DNA from: Opitutales bacterium
GTDB lineage: Bacteria; Verrucomicrobiota; Verrucomicrobiia; Opitutales; PNEW01
NCBI GenBank assembly: GCA_965197745.1
Contig: CBDANS010000006.1
Coordinates: 160,001 to 224,000 of the forward strand
Direction: 5' to 3'
DNA: 64,000 bases
Under the pieces are notes generated by a model, which had not been told where the DNA came from, did not search any database, and worked only from the letters and a program-made list of their open reading frames with translations. Positions within the stretch are counted from its first letter, which is position 1. Every line of letters begins with the position of its first letter. Of this stretch, positions 11,249 through 22,721 are shown in pieces. Made by a program: the position numbers and the translations under genes.

Positions 11249-11447
11249 TTAGACCCCCTAAATTTGATTTAACCCTAAATCCCAGTTTATTCGACTGCTC
11301 TTTTTAGATAAATAACGTTAAAAGATATTGGTTTCAACAAATATATGTAATTTTGTTATATTTATTCAGTGATTAATCTTCGATTTGTTATGCAGACGCT
11401 ATGACACGAGTCGCCCCCATCGCGATTGCGGGGCTATGGGTGTATAT

Positions 11448-12013
11448 TTAATTTTGATAAAAACCAAGTCGACGTTTCTTCTTAGGTGAAGAAGGTTGCA
11501 GTAGTTTTTGCATGGCCTCTACAATTTCCACCAATAATTTATCATGTTTATCGATACGTTGTTCAAGTTGATTGAGCTTAATTGTAAGCTTACGGCTACT
11601 GGAAACCAATTCACGCAGCTTTATGAAAGCACGAACCACATAGACACTCATTCGGACAGCCTTTTCGCTGTGAAGTATATTCGCTGCCATAATGGCACCA
11701 TGTTCGGTAAACGCGAAGGGTAACGTGCGCCTGCCACCGTAACTTGAAGTCGCATATTGCGACTTCAAGTTTGTAAGCTCCTGGCGATCAATCTTAAACA
11801 AAAAATCATCGGGAAAGCGATCGCTGTTTCTTTTTACCGCTTCGTTAAAACTCCATAAAGATCTGCAAGATCACTATCTAATATAACACGATGTTTGCGC
11901 ATGACGAATATCATACGTTCAATCGATACAATTTGAACATCAGTGGTCCTATTTTTAGCAGTCCCCTTCATTATCTTTATTTTCTTTTTCTCGGCAGTAA
12001 TCTTCTCTGTCAT
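11448..12013 (-). pseudogene. ORF6N-domain DNA-binding protein, frameshifted
   Basis: RVILDSDLADLYGV and NEAVKRNSDRFPDDFLF...PFAFTEHGAIMAANIL lie in different frames; small deletion near 11845. Confidence 0.85.
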
Positions 12014-12172
12014 CGCCTTATCTTTAATAATGGAAGGATGGAAAAATGGATGAAACCCGAAGGTATATCCCACTCATCCAATTATCCACTCCACTGATTA
12101 CTGTTCACTGATCACATTTATTTTCTGATCATTAGCTTGGCGATCTCCGCGTCTCTGCGGTGCATATTGATT

Positions 12173-12655
12173 TTAAATTCTAGGGGGCGCATTTGCTTCA
12201 CGTTTGATCGCGCCACTGGGGGTGACCATGGTGGGGTTCTGATAGAGTGAGCCGGCTTCAACACTGTCATATTGCTGACGGGCGGGCGACCCTCCCGGGC
12301 TGATCAGATTGGCGGTGACAAAGATAAGGAGATTTCTTTTTTGCGTGGTCTCTCCCTTCGATCTGAAAAGTCGTCCCAACAGGGGCACATCCCCCAGGAT
12401 GGGGACTTTATCTTCGACACTTTTTATTTCCTCACGGGTCAATCCCCCCATGACAACGGTCGCACCATCCCATACCGTCACCTCGGTGCGAACGCGCAGC
12501 ACGGAAAAAATAGGCTGAAAGAACCCTGAAGGCACCGTCACCGTAGTCCCTCCGGAAATACCGATACTGGGTCCGCCATACTCGACGAAACCTTCAAATT
12601 CTGTGACCTTCGGTTCGAGTAAGAGACTTATGCTGTTGTCATCTTCAACGGTTGC
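12173..12655 (-). pseudogene. C-terminal fragment of a type II/III secretion secretin (GspD/PilQ family), 5' part missing
   Basis: TVEDDNSISLLLEPKVTEFEGF...DGATVVMGGL...KVPILGDVPLLGRLFRS...RNLLIFVTA. Homology stops at about 12655. Confidence 0.85.
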
Positions 12656-12741
12656 CAGTTCAAAATCTCTATACTTTCTCTCTTCGCTTTAGAGGCGGGG
12701 GGAGCAGTCGCGAAATTACAAGCGACAAGGAGAGAGGCATT

Positions 12742-13461
12742 ATGGGGAAAAAACATGAATATGCCTCAGCAAGAGAAAGTATTAAGAAAAGATATCCAGA
12801 ACGATATGAAACGGGCGCTGATGAGATAGGTGTTGCCAGTGACTACATAAGTGACATTAGGAGTCTAAAACCGGGTCAGCGTGTCGTTACTTACTGCCGG
12901 GTCTCTTCGTGTGCTCAAGAACATTTTAAAAACCTCAGCGATCAGAATGAGAATTTAAAGCGCGAGTTAGAGCAGCGGGGATGCACTGTAATCGGATCCT
13001 TTCAAGAAGTGAGGTCAGGTTGGAGGGAAGGCCGTGAGGCGCTCATGGATGCCGCAAGGCATGCCCTTGATAATGATGCCATTGTCGTTGCGGAATCTGT
13101 GACACGCTTCATTCGAAGCAGGGATTTCAATAGTAAGACAAACTGGAAAGTAACACCCAATAAAGCTGAGTATCGACGCTTACAACTTGATACGCAGGGA
13201 GTAAAACTTGTGACCTTACTTGATCCTGATGCCTCAGCAGAAGAGATAAGATCTAATGAGACTAAGCGAGGTAAGAAATTGAAAGGTAATCCAGGTGGTC
13301 GTCCCAAGAAATGTTGTCCCGGATACAAAAAACGTGAAAGAGAGCAGTCTTTGCCAAAAGTATTAGCTCTGTATAAAGAGGGAATAACTATTGCGGCCAT
13401 TGCTCGGAGCATGAAATTAAATTACAATACTGTATATAGCTGGATTAAGAAAAACGATTAA
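12742..13461 (+). CDS. Serine recombinase (resolvase/invertase type) with C-terminal HTH
   Basis: YCRVSS catalytic motif, EVRSG, VAESVTRFIRS, GGRPK linker, HTH IAAIARSMKLNYNTVYSWI. AGGAG lies upstream of ATG 12742. Confidence 0.87.
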   Translation: MGKKHEYASARESIKKRYPERYETGADEIGVASDYISDIRSLKPGQRVVTYCRVSSCAQEHFKNLSDQNENLKRELEQRGCTVIGSFQEVRSGWREGREALMDAARHALDNDAIVVAESVTRFIRSRDFNSKTNWKVTPNKAEYRRLQLDTQGVKLVTLLDPDASAEEIRSNETKRGKKLKGNPGGRPKKCCPGYKKREREQSLPKVLALYKEGITIAAIARSMKLNYNTVYSWIKKND

Positions 13462-13868
13462 ATCTTTATTTTTTTATGACTATTAAGATATATAACCTTG
13501 TTATCATGTTGGATACGAAATGGATACAGTACGTTGCTCGTTGTTGTAGCTCGAATGAAAGGGTTACTACATGTACTAAGTAAGAATACGGTCTATAAGA
13601 ACCAGGATTTCTGATATGGTATGGTGAAATGATTTATAATAATGAGCTTAAGCATTAACAGAACTTTAATACCTATAATTCCTATAAAACATATTTAGTT
13701 GTCAGTACTTAGTAGATCTTGGGAGAGTTTACTGTATAGAACGGTAAGAGTTACTACATACCATAGAGGAAACAAAGCTAATTAAGATAGTATTTAACCT
13801 GGAATGTACAGAGTCGTATCCCTGTTGCGATTCTAGATAGTTTAGACAAGTTGCTCTTAAATCTTATT

Positions 13869-14240
13869 ATGTCCGTAATCTCATACACCGATTTGTATAA
13901 ATTATCATACTTAGCTGAGGAAATTAAGTTCTTAACAACCCAACACAAAGAAACAACAAGACAACTACTCAAGTTTGTTCTAAAAAACTACGTTACTGCT
14001 GAAGAAATAAAGGGCTTTAAGAACATTGAGATGTTGTGGACAAGACGGGGTAGTCCCTATCATCTAAAAGGCAAAGGAATAAGGTCGTCACAAATAGGGA
14101 TAAAAGATAGAATGAAGCGCATATGTTTGCTCATGAGTTTAGACATCCTTTTTTTGTATAAAATTAGATCCAAGATCTACCCTCAGCTTGAGCAGACCCA
14201 TAAGCCAAAATTTCGCTTACAAAGCGTTTTGATGGCATGA
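13869..14240 (+). CDS. Hypothetical protein
   Basis: Open frame of about 120 codons in AT-rich DNA; no motif recognised. Confidence 0.3.
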   Translation: MSVISYTDLYKLSYLAEEIKFLTTQHKETTRQLLKFVLKNYVTAEEIKGFKNIEMLWTRRGSPYHLKGKGIRSSQIGIKDRMKRICLLMSLDILFLYKIRSKIYPQLEQTHKPKFRLQSVLMA

Positions 14241-14862
14241 GGTATAAACTTATATGCCCTTACCCCTCAAAAGCGATTGTGGGCGATTGTATGCGCTCAC
14301 AAGCCCTAATCTCTACTAGCAACAGCATGGCTTTTTGCCACGCTCAATTGTATTATTTAAAGTTTCAATATAAGTCCGCGGGGGGTTGAGTTTCGGAGAC
14401 GAACGGCACAACTTCGAGTTCGGAGAACATCTTTTGTAAATGCTCTAGCAGAATACCCTTGGATAGCCTGTCATGCCGTTGAGCACAGTCGATAACACCT
14501 CATTGGACCAAGACCACTTATTGACATACAAGCCGTATGTTTGGAGGTAGTTATTAATTTTAATTTTGAGCATCATTTTCCCTTTCTCCCGTCCAGGTCA
14601 ATTAGTCTACGTCAGTAAAATAAATATCATCACTCTTGCCTATGGTGATGATGTCTTTTACCTTTCCACTACTCCACTGGGGGAAAATTTCACGTAGACG
14701 CCCTCCCTTTAACCTCCCGACCCCAAATCTCATTTAAAATGATTCTTTTTCAAAACCCTTATCAAAAACACCTCAATCTATCTCAACATGTTCAAACTGC
14801 ATCAGGGCAGTAGATCATTATTAACTTTATTACTTAGCGGGCTCTTTCGTTCTAAAAGTTCT

Positions 14863-16213
14863 TGATCGGACCCCGTATTTCGTATCAAATTTTAAGTGAG
14901 AGAACTACCGGGTGTTAATGGTTTTAGGATTGATGTATATGAGAGATCTTGGCGCAGTGAGGGCGTAGCCCGAACGCGGCCAAGAGCGGAAAGGAATGTG
15001 ACAAACTCTTGTGGGCTTTTAAAGCCTAATCGACTGTGGGGATGTTCATTGTTATAGGTCTGACGCCATTGTTCTATTACAACTTGTGCTTCAGCCACGC
15101 TGAGCAACACTTCACGGTTCAAACACTCATCGCGTAAGCGGTTGTGAAACGACTCGATGAAACCGTTTTGCCAGGGACTGCCCGGATCGATATATATCGC
15201 CTTGATCTTTTTGTCGGACAACCACTGCTGCACCTGATGAGCAATGAATGGCTTCGCATGTCGTCGCTTCGCTCCTCGGAACACTGCCGTTGTCACTGCG
15301 GATATAGCTAGGAACTCCCTCTTCATCGATGGTTTCGCTGAGTACCGAGAGAACATCGGTTGAGGTGAGCTGTCGAGCTACCCGGATGCGTAAACATTTA
15401 CGCGTATATGTCTTCGCTTCGCTTGAGTGTCGTCGCTTTCAGCTCCTCGGTACATCGATCAAGGTCATCATCTTTAGCATACCGCCATTGTCTGTACGAT
15501 CATGGACAAAGTCCCAGGACCAGACGTGATTGCGACCGGTTGCTTTAGTAGGGAGCCCAGTAGAGATCCCCTGACGGTGTCTACGCTTTTTCGGGGGCTT
15601 TACCTGTAAGCCCGAAGAACGTCGCACTGCCTGTACAAATTTCCTGCTTGCCGCCCAACCTTCTTTCACCAGCAAGGCACGAATGCGCCGGTAACCGTAA
15701 CGGGGATGTTCCCAGGACAAGGTCAAAATCCGCTCGGCCAATTGCTGAGCCTTCTTACTGGCCTGCTTGGGTCGGTAGCTGTACGTTGACCAACTGAGGC
15801 TGAGATAAGCACAAGCCCTCTAAAACGAGCACAGCCCCTTCTCAGCCGCATCTTTTACTGCTCGCTTCTTCTGCTTTGGGCTCACCATTTTTTTGAGAGC
15901 GTTTCCTCCAACACCCGAAGCTTGAGCATTTGATCAGCGAGCATCTTCTTCAGCTCCGTATTCTCCTTTTCCAGCTCTTTAAATCGCTTCGCATCAGCCA
16001 GCTCCAAGTTGCCATACTTTTTGCCCCAGCGATAGAAGGTCTGTTCACTTAGGTTGTTGCCGTGGCAGACTTCCTGCACGGTTTTGCCCGTATCGGGCTG
16101 CCGCAGTATTGCTATGATCTGTTCTGTTGTATATCTTTTTCTTTTCATTGAGGTTATCTGTTTATCCCGATAACCTCTCTCTGTTAATGATACCATTTTT
16201 GGGGGTCACTCCA
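14863..16213 (-). mobile_element. IS3-family element, type A copy 1 (inactive-looking)
   Basis: IRL TGGAGTGACCCCCAAAAATGG, IRR TGATCGGACCCCG. orfA MKRKRYTTEQII; orfB has WSWDF, SDNG, PWQNGFIESF, a TAG early in the frame and two micro-insertions. Confidence 0.93.
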
Positions 16214-17559
16214 AATCATGGAGGAGATTGAGGGCATAGCGATCGAGGTTATGAAGAATCTCAAGAATCTGAGCATAGTGACTGGAATCCTTGTGGATAA
16301 AGGGCGCTTACTCTTGGGTGAAGCGCCGAGGCATACAGAGCACATCAAGGGTGACACGCTGGGTGATGCGGCATCAGTGATCGAGTCTCTCCCGTCCGGG
16401 CCTGTGATTGAAGCGGACACCGCGTCCGGTGATCGACCTTGTAAGTAATGGGGCGTGGGTTAATTTTATCAAACCTGATAATGGATAACGAGCAATTAAT
16501 AGATAATACCTTTGTTCTCAGAGATAGACCCCTGCTTGAGCTATTCGATGCTGTGGAGCTTATACAGGGAGTTGTGGAGAGAGCAGTTTTTTGCGAAAAT
16601 TTTAGATCGAAACATTTCTTTTTGACGGACAATATCTGGAAACATCAAAGGCGAATTTACCCATCAAATGTCGGTATGCTCATTGAAAACAGATGTGCAA
16701 ATGCATTGACCGACTTTTACATGTGAGTCTTCATACGGATTCCAGAAAGTCCGCTGTTTAAGCTTCCCTGTAGACACACTTAAAAAAAGAACATGTCTGT
16801 CGAGCCAGCATAAACACACTTTACTGATCACAGCATGACAACCTCTCCCACCCGTTAGTCCAGAAGACCGTTATCGGCGCCAGTGTGTGGTAGACAAAAA
16901 GGGGAGTGCCGATCAGTAAGATCTGCAGTGACTGTGTTCCCGAACTGGCTCCCGGGTTCATCTGGACAGAAGATCGAAGTCTGTGAACCGCACAACACTT
17001 ATTATGTCCAGTTGATTTTTAAGTGATTGATATTCAACATATTAATTTTAAAGCCTAAATTCCTAACGGTCATAAAACAACATAAACTAAGGAGTAGCCC
17101 TTAATTAACTGCCGTAGTTTCAGTCGAGATTAAACCCTTATTGTGACATTAAAAGCTGTCCCGATATAGGGTGTTGTGCAAGTTCATTCCTGCAAGATGT
17201 CCGGGTCTGCATCATAACGATTCATCCACCTGGGATTCGTTCCGCATTGCCCGTCCGTCTTTGTAGGTCGCCGAGTCAACCAGTCAAATTAGTCTACTGA
17301 GTCAACCGAGTCGGAGCGGTATACAGCACAAGCATAACCCCGAAACGTAAGGCAAAGGGGGGCGGGGGGGGCCGCCGCCGAAGGCGGCCGACCCTGATCT
17401 ATCGGTCTGCAACGCGAAAAATATTTTTACAAAAGGAAACGTTTAGAAGCAAAATAATAAAACAAAACCTTATTAATTTGCTCTAGAAAGAACGAGCATC
17501 CTTCGTTATGAAATCAACCCTGTCCTGAGATCCAAACGCCCTTTCTCGAGGCGCTCAAG

Positions 17560-17674
17560 TACCTTGAATGGTGGCACAACAACAAGCTACAATCCCCACA
17601 TCTTTCCCGATATGTTGTGTCGGATCATGAATACGGGCAAACTCACTTATCAGTGACTGGTCAAAGCCGCGTGA
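17560..17674 (+). pseudogene. Possible IS1595 transposase C-terminal remnant
   Basis: Degenerate LEWWHNN..NPHIFPDMLCRIMNTGKLTYQ*LVKAA resembles IS1595 C-termini. Confidence 0.35.
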
Positions 17675-18357
17675 TATCCTGTAAGAAAATTGGAGTAGTA
17701 GCATAACTAGGAATTTCCTCCATCATCAATTGACTGCATAATATTCCTTGCCGTTTGCAGGTCACCTGTTTGAGATCATGTGGACAGTTTTTTAAAATAT
17801 CGGTGCCAGATTTCGCGTTTATCGAGGAGATGAGGGTTAAATTCTTCCAAACCAGGAAAATCGATACCTAACTTTCTATGTGCGGCGAGTAGATCTGTGA
17901 TCTTAAGGTAATCGTCGGGCCTGAGTCACCATCCTGAGCCGAGCATCATAACGATCCATCCACCTGGGGTTCGTTCCGCATTGCCCGTTCGTCTTTGAAA
18001 ACAAGCATTATCCATGCGCAAATAAAAAAGTAACACCCGTAACGTTAGGCGGGAGGGGCAAGCCGTAGCCTAACATGTGTAATCGATTTCACCTCAGAAA
18101 ATAAATTTTATATAAGCCGTTTACTCGAAAGAAAATTCTGAATAACCTTTTAACTAAGACACATAATATTGCCATGAATGTCGTCGGATAATAGCCTTTA
18201 AAATGGGAATGATATACTTCAAACCACATAGAGCAAAACAGCCTACACCATGACAGGACTCTCAAGTGTTCCCCTGTAAAGTTTATGAGACCCTTTCGTG
18301 TCATCCCCCCACAGGGCAACCGCTCTTACTATGTGTTCTGCGCGAGCTTTGCCCGCT

Positions 18358-19335
18358 CTACGGTCCCTCCTCTATATCCTCCGGATAATAGCCGGCGCCG
18401 ATCAGAATCGGCAGTCCAAAGGACACAACCCTCTTGACGAATGACACCTTGCGCTCCTCCATCTCACTCGACGGATTGCGCTTCGTGTAATACAGGAAGC
18501 TCTCTCCGAAGGCGTCCGCAACGCTCACAAGATCCTGGTCTTCGACCGGTCCTACCAACTCGGACATTATATCATCCGGCTCGCTGTATGAATCGCCACT
18601 GAACAGAGTGTAGCCATAAGTATCGATGGCAAACAAGTAGATTGATCCGTGTTTCCATCGCGGTTCCGTGGTCAAAGTGTTGATCGCAAAGTAGCCTTTC
18701 ATTTCAAGTTCCATCGCAGCGCAACGGACATACTCCTTCAGTCTCTCGTTGGAAGGATCGCTATCGAGCAACATGGCATTGACCTCTTCACTTGTGCACG
18801 CTCCGGGAATATCTCGGAGGTAGATCCCCGCACCGATCGCGGCCGGAGTCCCGTCCCAGTCGATGTTCTTGATGTAGGAAGCCTTCGGCTCATCCCTGCC
18901 TGTCGCTGGATTTGGGAACGAGTAATAGAGCCAGCCTTCATCGACGATACTCAGGATGCGCTGCCCTTCACTGAAGAATTCGTTGCCGAAGGCATCGATC
19001 AGCGGTCCCAACGGTTTCCCTTCCCTCGAGGGGTCGGGTGGGAAGACGACCAATCGCTGAGTCATGTCTGTCGCATCGGCGACAAAGACATAGATTTGGC
19101 CGTATCTCCAGCGCTCGTCTTCGTGGAAGGCCCTGCGTGCCTCGCTGAAGCCCTTTGCGCGGACATACTCGTAGGCACACTGAACGAACGCCTGTATGTC
19201 TTCAGGAGTGCGCACCGCGCGGGCGGCGATGGAGTGCTCCGTGCAAGACACAACTTCATGAGCGCCAAACATCGGCAGCACAACGAACGTTGAGATTAAG
19301 GAAATCAAGAATGGGCAGAGCTTGTGTTTCATCAT
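18358..19335 (-). CDS. Secreted stand-alone protein with two single-Cache domains (copy 1)
   Basis: Signal peptide, then two repeats of AFVQCA...W.YG.IY.F...GW.YY...NP.T...EPK.SY.K...IGAG.Y. No TM or output domain. Confidence 0.8.
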   Translation of the reverse strand: MMKHKLCPFLISLISTFVVLPMFGAHEVVSCTEHSIAARAVRTPEDIQAFVQCAYEYVRAKGFSEARRAFHEDERWRYGQIYVFVADATDMTQRLVVFPPDPSREGKPLGPLIDAFGNEFFSEGQRILSIVDEGWLYYSFPNPATGRDEPKASYIKNIDWDGTPAAIGAGIYLRDIPGACTSEEVNAMLLDSDPSNERLKEYVRCAAMELEMKGYFAINTLTTEPRWKHGSIYLFAIDTYGYTLFSGDSYSEPDDIMSELVGPVEDQDLVSVADAFGESFLYYTKRNPSSEMEERKVSFVKRVVSFGLPILIGAGYYPEDIEEGP

Positions 19336-19582
19336 TTTTAAATGTTCGGGATTCTTTGCTATTGGAATTTAGGAAAGTAAAGTTTGCGTTGGTAGCCTTC
19401 CCCTCTTGTCCGCCCCAGGTATTCAATGGCTCGTTCTTTGGTTCGGGAAGACTCAAATAGTTCAATTATACTCATCATAAGCAACTCTACTTCATTCGGA
19501 GCACAAGTTTATGAGTCCCTTTATGTCATCCCCCACAAGGACAGGTGCTCCTACCATGTGTTCTGCGCGAGCTTTGCCCGGC

Positions 19583-20557
19583 TTATGGACTCTCCTCCAG
19601 ATAATAGCCGGCGCCAATCAGAATTGGCAGTCCAAAGGACACTACCCTCTTGACGAATGACACCTTGCGCTCCTCCATTTCACTCGACGGATTGCGCTTC
19701 GTGTAATACAGGAAGCTCTCTCCGAAGGCGTCCGCAACGCTCACAAGATCCTGGTCTTCGACCGGTCCTACCAACTCGGACATTATATCATCCGGCTCGC
19801 TGTATGAATCGCCACTGAACAGAGTGTAGCCATAAGTATCGATGGCAAACAAGTAGATTGATCCGTGTTTCCATCGCGGTTCCGTGGTCAAAGTGTTGAT
19901 CGCAAAGTAGCCTTTCATTTCAAGTTCCATCGCAGCGCAACGGACAAACTCCTTGAGCCTCTCGTTGGAAGGATCGTCATCGAGCAACATGGCATTGACC
20001 TCTTCGCTGTTGCACGTACCCGGGATGTCGCGGCGGTAGATCCCCGCACCGATCCCGGCATGAGTCCCGTCCCAGTCGATGCTCTTGACGTAAGAAGCCT
20101 TCGGCTCGTTCCTGTCCGTCGCTGGGTTTTTGAAGGAGTAGTAAACCCAACCCTCCCCGAAGCTACCCACGACGCGGGTAAATTCCTTGACGATATCGTT
20201 TCCGTACACATCGATCAGCAGTCCCCAAGACACTCCTTCCCGCGAAGGGTCGGGTGGGTAGACGAACGCTCGCGACATATCGGACATGGCGGGCAATTCG
20301 TCCACGAATACGTAGATCGGGCCGTGTTTCCAGCGCTCGTCCTCGTTAAAGGCCCTGCGTGCCTCCACGAAGCCCTCTTCCAGGACATACTCGTAGGCGC
20401 ATTGAACGAAAGCCTCTACGTCCTCTAGGGTGCGCACCGCGCTGGCCATGATGGAGTGCTCCGCGCAAGACGGAGGCTCAGCAGCACCGAACATCGGCAG
20501 CACGGTGCACATTGAGATTAAGGGGATCAGCAATGGGCAGAGGTGGTGCTTCATCAT
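19583..20557 (-). CDS. Secreted stand-alone protein with two single-Cache domains (copy 2)
   Basis: Tandem paralogue of 18358..19335; the second domain is almost identical. Confidence 0.8.
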   Translation of the reverse strand: MMKHHLCPLLIPLISMCTVLPMFGAAEPPSCAEHSIMASAVRTLEDVEAFVQCAYEYVLEEGFVEARRAFNEDERWKHGPIYVFVDELPAMSDMSRAFVYPPDPSREGVSWGLLIDVYGNDIVKEFTRVVGSFGEGWVYYSFKNPATDRNEPKASYVKSIDWDGTHAGIGAGIYRRDIPGTCNSEEVNAMLLDDDPSNERLKEFVRCAAMELEMKGYFAINTLTTEPRWKHGSIYLFAIDTYGYTLFSGDSYSEPDDIMSELVGPVEDQDLVSVADAFGESFLYYTKRNPSSEMEERKVSFVKRVVSFGLPILIGAGYYLEESP

Positions 20558-21290
20558 TTGTAAATATTCGGGATTCTTTGCTTTTGAAATGGTGGAAAGG
20601 TCAAATTGTGTATAGTATTAATCAGATTGTCAATAATCTCAATAAGAGAATGCTATACATTGCTTGAGTACCCTTAACGCTTTTTCTTAGTCAACAATAA
20701 CAATGATGTTTCAAAAGGTAGAGTATTCAAAGAAACGGTTTATCCTCCACCAGACGCGTAATCAATACGTGATAAATAAAGGAAATTATATTTGTTACGA
20801 TAAGCAGCCATCGACTTTTCGCCTCAACTTCCAGTAGCGGCTTGAGATCCATCATCTGTTCTTCAAATACAGCGGCTAAGCACGCAAATATAAATGAGTA
20901 ATTCTTAAGGTTGAGAGGACCTTGCAGTTATTGAAGAGCGCATAGATAAAGACAAGCGTTTTTCGATTGGACGGAGATGGCTCTTTCTATCTTATCCTTT
21001 ACCGAAGACACCTTTGGCTAGCAATGTATATCATACCCAAAAGATTGGCTATTTCTTATGAATGGCTTTATCCTTCCGAGATCGACTTGCATATGTATTG
21101 TGTTCGGCGTTCAGGTCAAAGGCAGTGGTTCAAAAGTTATTATTATGAGAAAAATGATTCCACGTTATCGGCGTTACTATTGTAATATTTATTGTAACTT
21201 ACAATTAAAATATATGTAACTAATTGATAAACAATATATATAGTATAGTATAATTAGAACAGTTAATATCACACATTGAGATCAAGCGAC

Positions 21291-21456
21291 ATCTGCTCCC
21301 CCTATGCGCCCCACTTTTTGCTATTTAACGCTATATACTACTATTTAGTTTCTCTGGACATAAGCTATAAACTGATTCATAAGTGCTTATAAATTAATAT
21401 AAAACGTTGATTTATAAGGGGTACCAAGGAGGAGAGTTGAACTCTCTATTAAAGGC
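21291..21456 (+). repeat. att-like repeat copy 1 (arm-type repeats, IHF-like site, tRNA-Leu-like 3' end)
   Basis: TGCTCCCCCTATGCGCCCCA; minus-strand AATCAACGTTTTA (WATCAANNNNTTR) and GAGTTCAACTCTCCTCCTTGGTACC. Homologous to 34685-34840 and 36850-37011. Confidence 0.7.
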
Positions 21457-22602
21457 CTGTGTGGTCTTTGAGTATTATAATCAAGCCGCCAGGCTTCAAG
21501 TTTTTCTTTCGCTTGCACCAGCGTACAAAATAGCTCGGTGTTAAGAAGTTCATCGCGTAAGCGTCCATTGAAGCTCTCAATATAACCATTCTCTACGGGT
21601 TTGCCTGGGCGGATAAAATCCAGCTCGATGCCGTGACCATAAGCCCACTCATCCAGTACTTTGCCGGCAAACTCGGGACCATTATCGACGGTAATGGTTT
21701 GGGGAAGACCGATTCCTGCAGCGGCTTTCATAAGTGCGGCAGCGACTTTGCACCCACCGATGGACGTATCGACCAGAAGCAGTGGGCAAGCTCGGGTGTA
21801 TTGATCGACAACGGTGAGAATGCGGAAGGGGCGGCCGTTGACCAGCCGATCGCTCATAAAGTCCATCGACCAGCGCTCCTGGGCTGCTGAAGCCGCGGGC
21901 AGTGAGACCCGCCTTTGCGCGGCACGCTTCTTTCGTTTCTTCGTGCGCACTTCCAGCCCTTCGGCCTTGTAGATACGATAAACGCGTTTCTTTCCTACCG
22001 TCCAGCCTTCCCGCTTTAATAACACCGTTATTCGCCGATACCCGTAGCGCACGCGCGCGGCGGCGAGGTCACCGATGCGCATGATCAGCGCACGTTCGTC
22101 CTTCTTCACCGGCTGGTAGTTATAACTCGACCAATACAACTGCATCAACCTGCACGCCCGGCGTTTGCTAACCTCATAGGCTTCCACTAACCACTCACCT
22201 TCTTGCGCACAGGCTTTACAACTTTTTTGAGATAACTTCCTGCAGCATATGCTTGTCCAGGCTCAGATCAGCTACCAGCTTCTTCAAACTAGTGTTCTCT
22301 TCGTCGCGTTGCTTCAGCCGTCTTAATTCACTGATTCCCATGCCCGCGTATTTACTCTTCCAACGGTGGTAGGTCTGTTCGCTTACCCCTAACTCTCCAC
22401 ACACTTCGGCGATCCTTCGTCCGCCTTCAACCTGCCTTAGGGCATAGATGATTTGTTCTTTATTATAGCGTTTGTCAGGCCTTCTCGGCTGTGCCTCGTG
22501 AACCTTTGCTTTTCATGGGTCGTTCTTTCTCCTATTTTTTATTAGCTTTTTCACCCATGCCAGACTAAATCTTCGCTGGTCCAGTTTTACGGGGTCCGAT
22601 CA
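21457..22602 (-). mobile_element. IS3-family element type C, truncated at the RPH motif
   Basis: IRL TGATCGGACCCCGTAAAACTGGACCAG. orfA is interrupted by a 34-bp insertion; orfB has [21 protein letters not shown] and ends NTQRPH at the att-like repeat. Confidence 0.9.
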
Positions 22603-22721
22603 CTTTTGATGGGCAAGCCTATCCTGGTTTTGTGTATGCCTTAATCCCTACAAAGGCTTTGTTTAGTTTTTGAATATCATTTCATTTACAGAACATTACT
22701 CAATGTATTGACTAGGGCATT

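Noticed and set aside
12697..12711. Fourth att-like arm (GGGGGGAGCAGTCGC)
   Set aside because: The match to the att repeats is too short and lacks the second arm repeat and core.
15250..15452. T4 gene 60-style ribosomal bypass of the IS3 inserts
   Set aside because: I found no matched take-off and landing codons that restore the conserved Glu, so it is unsupported from sequence alone.
16214..16730. Short ORFs beside IS A1
   Set aside because: No recognisable motif in any frame; probably decayed sequence.
18040..18075. Integron attC site (GTTAGGC...GCCTAAC)
   Set aside because: The boxes are in the wrong order for an attC, the site is single, and there is no integron integrase.
18358..20557. 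Diversity-generating retroelement TR/VR pair
   Set aside because: No reverse transcriptase in the window, both copies are full genes, and the differences include indels and are not adenine-specific.
21419..21446. tRNA-Leu gene
   Set aside because: Only a T-arm and acceptor-like 3' end is present; there is no D or anticodon arm.
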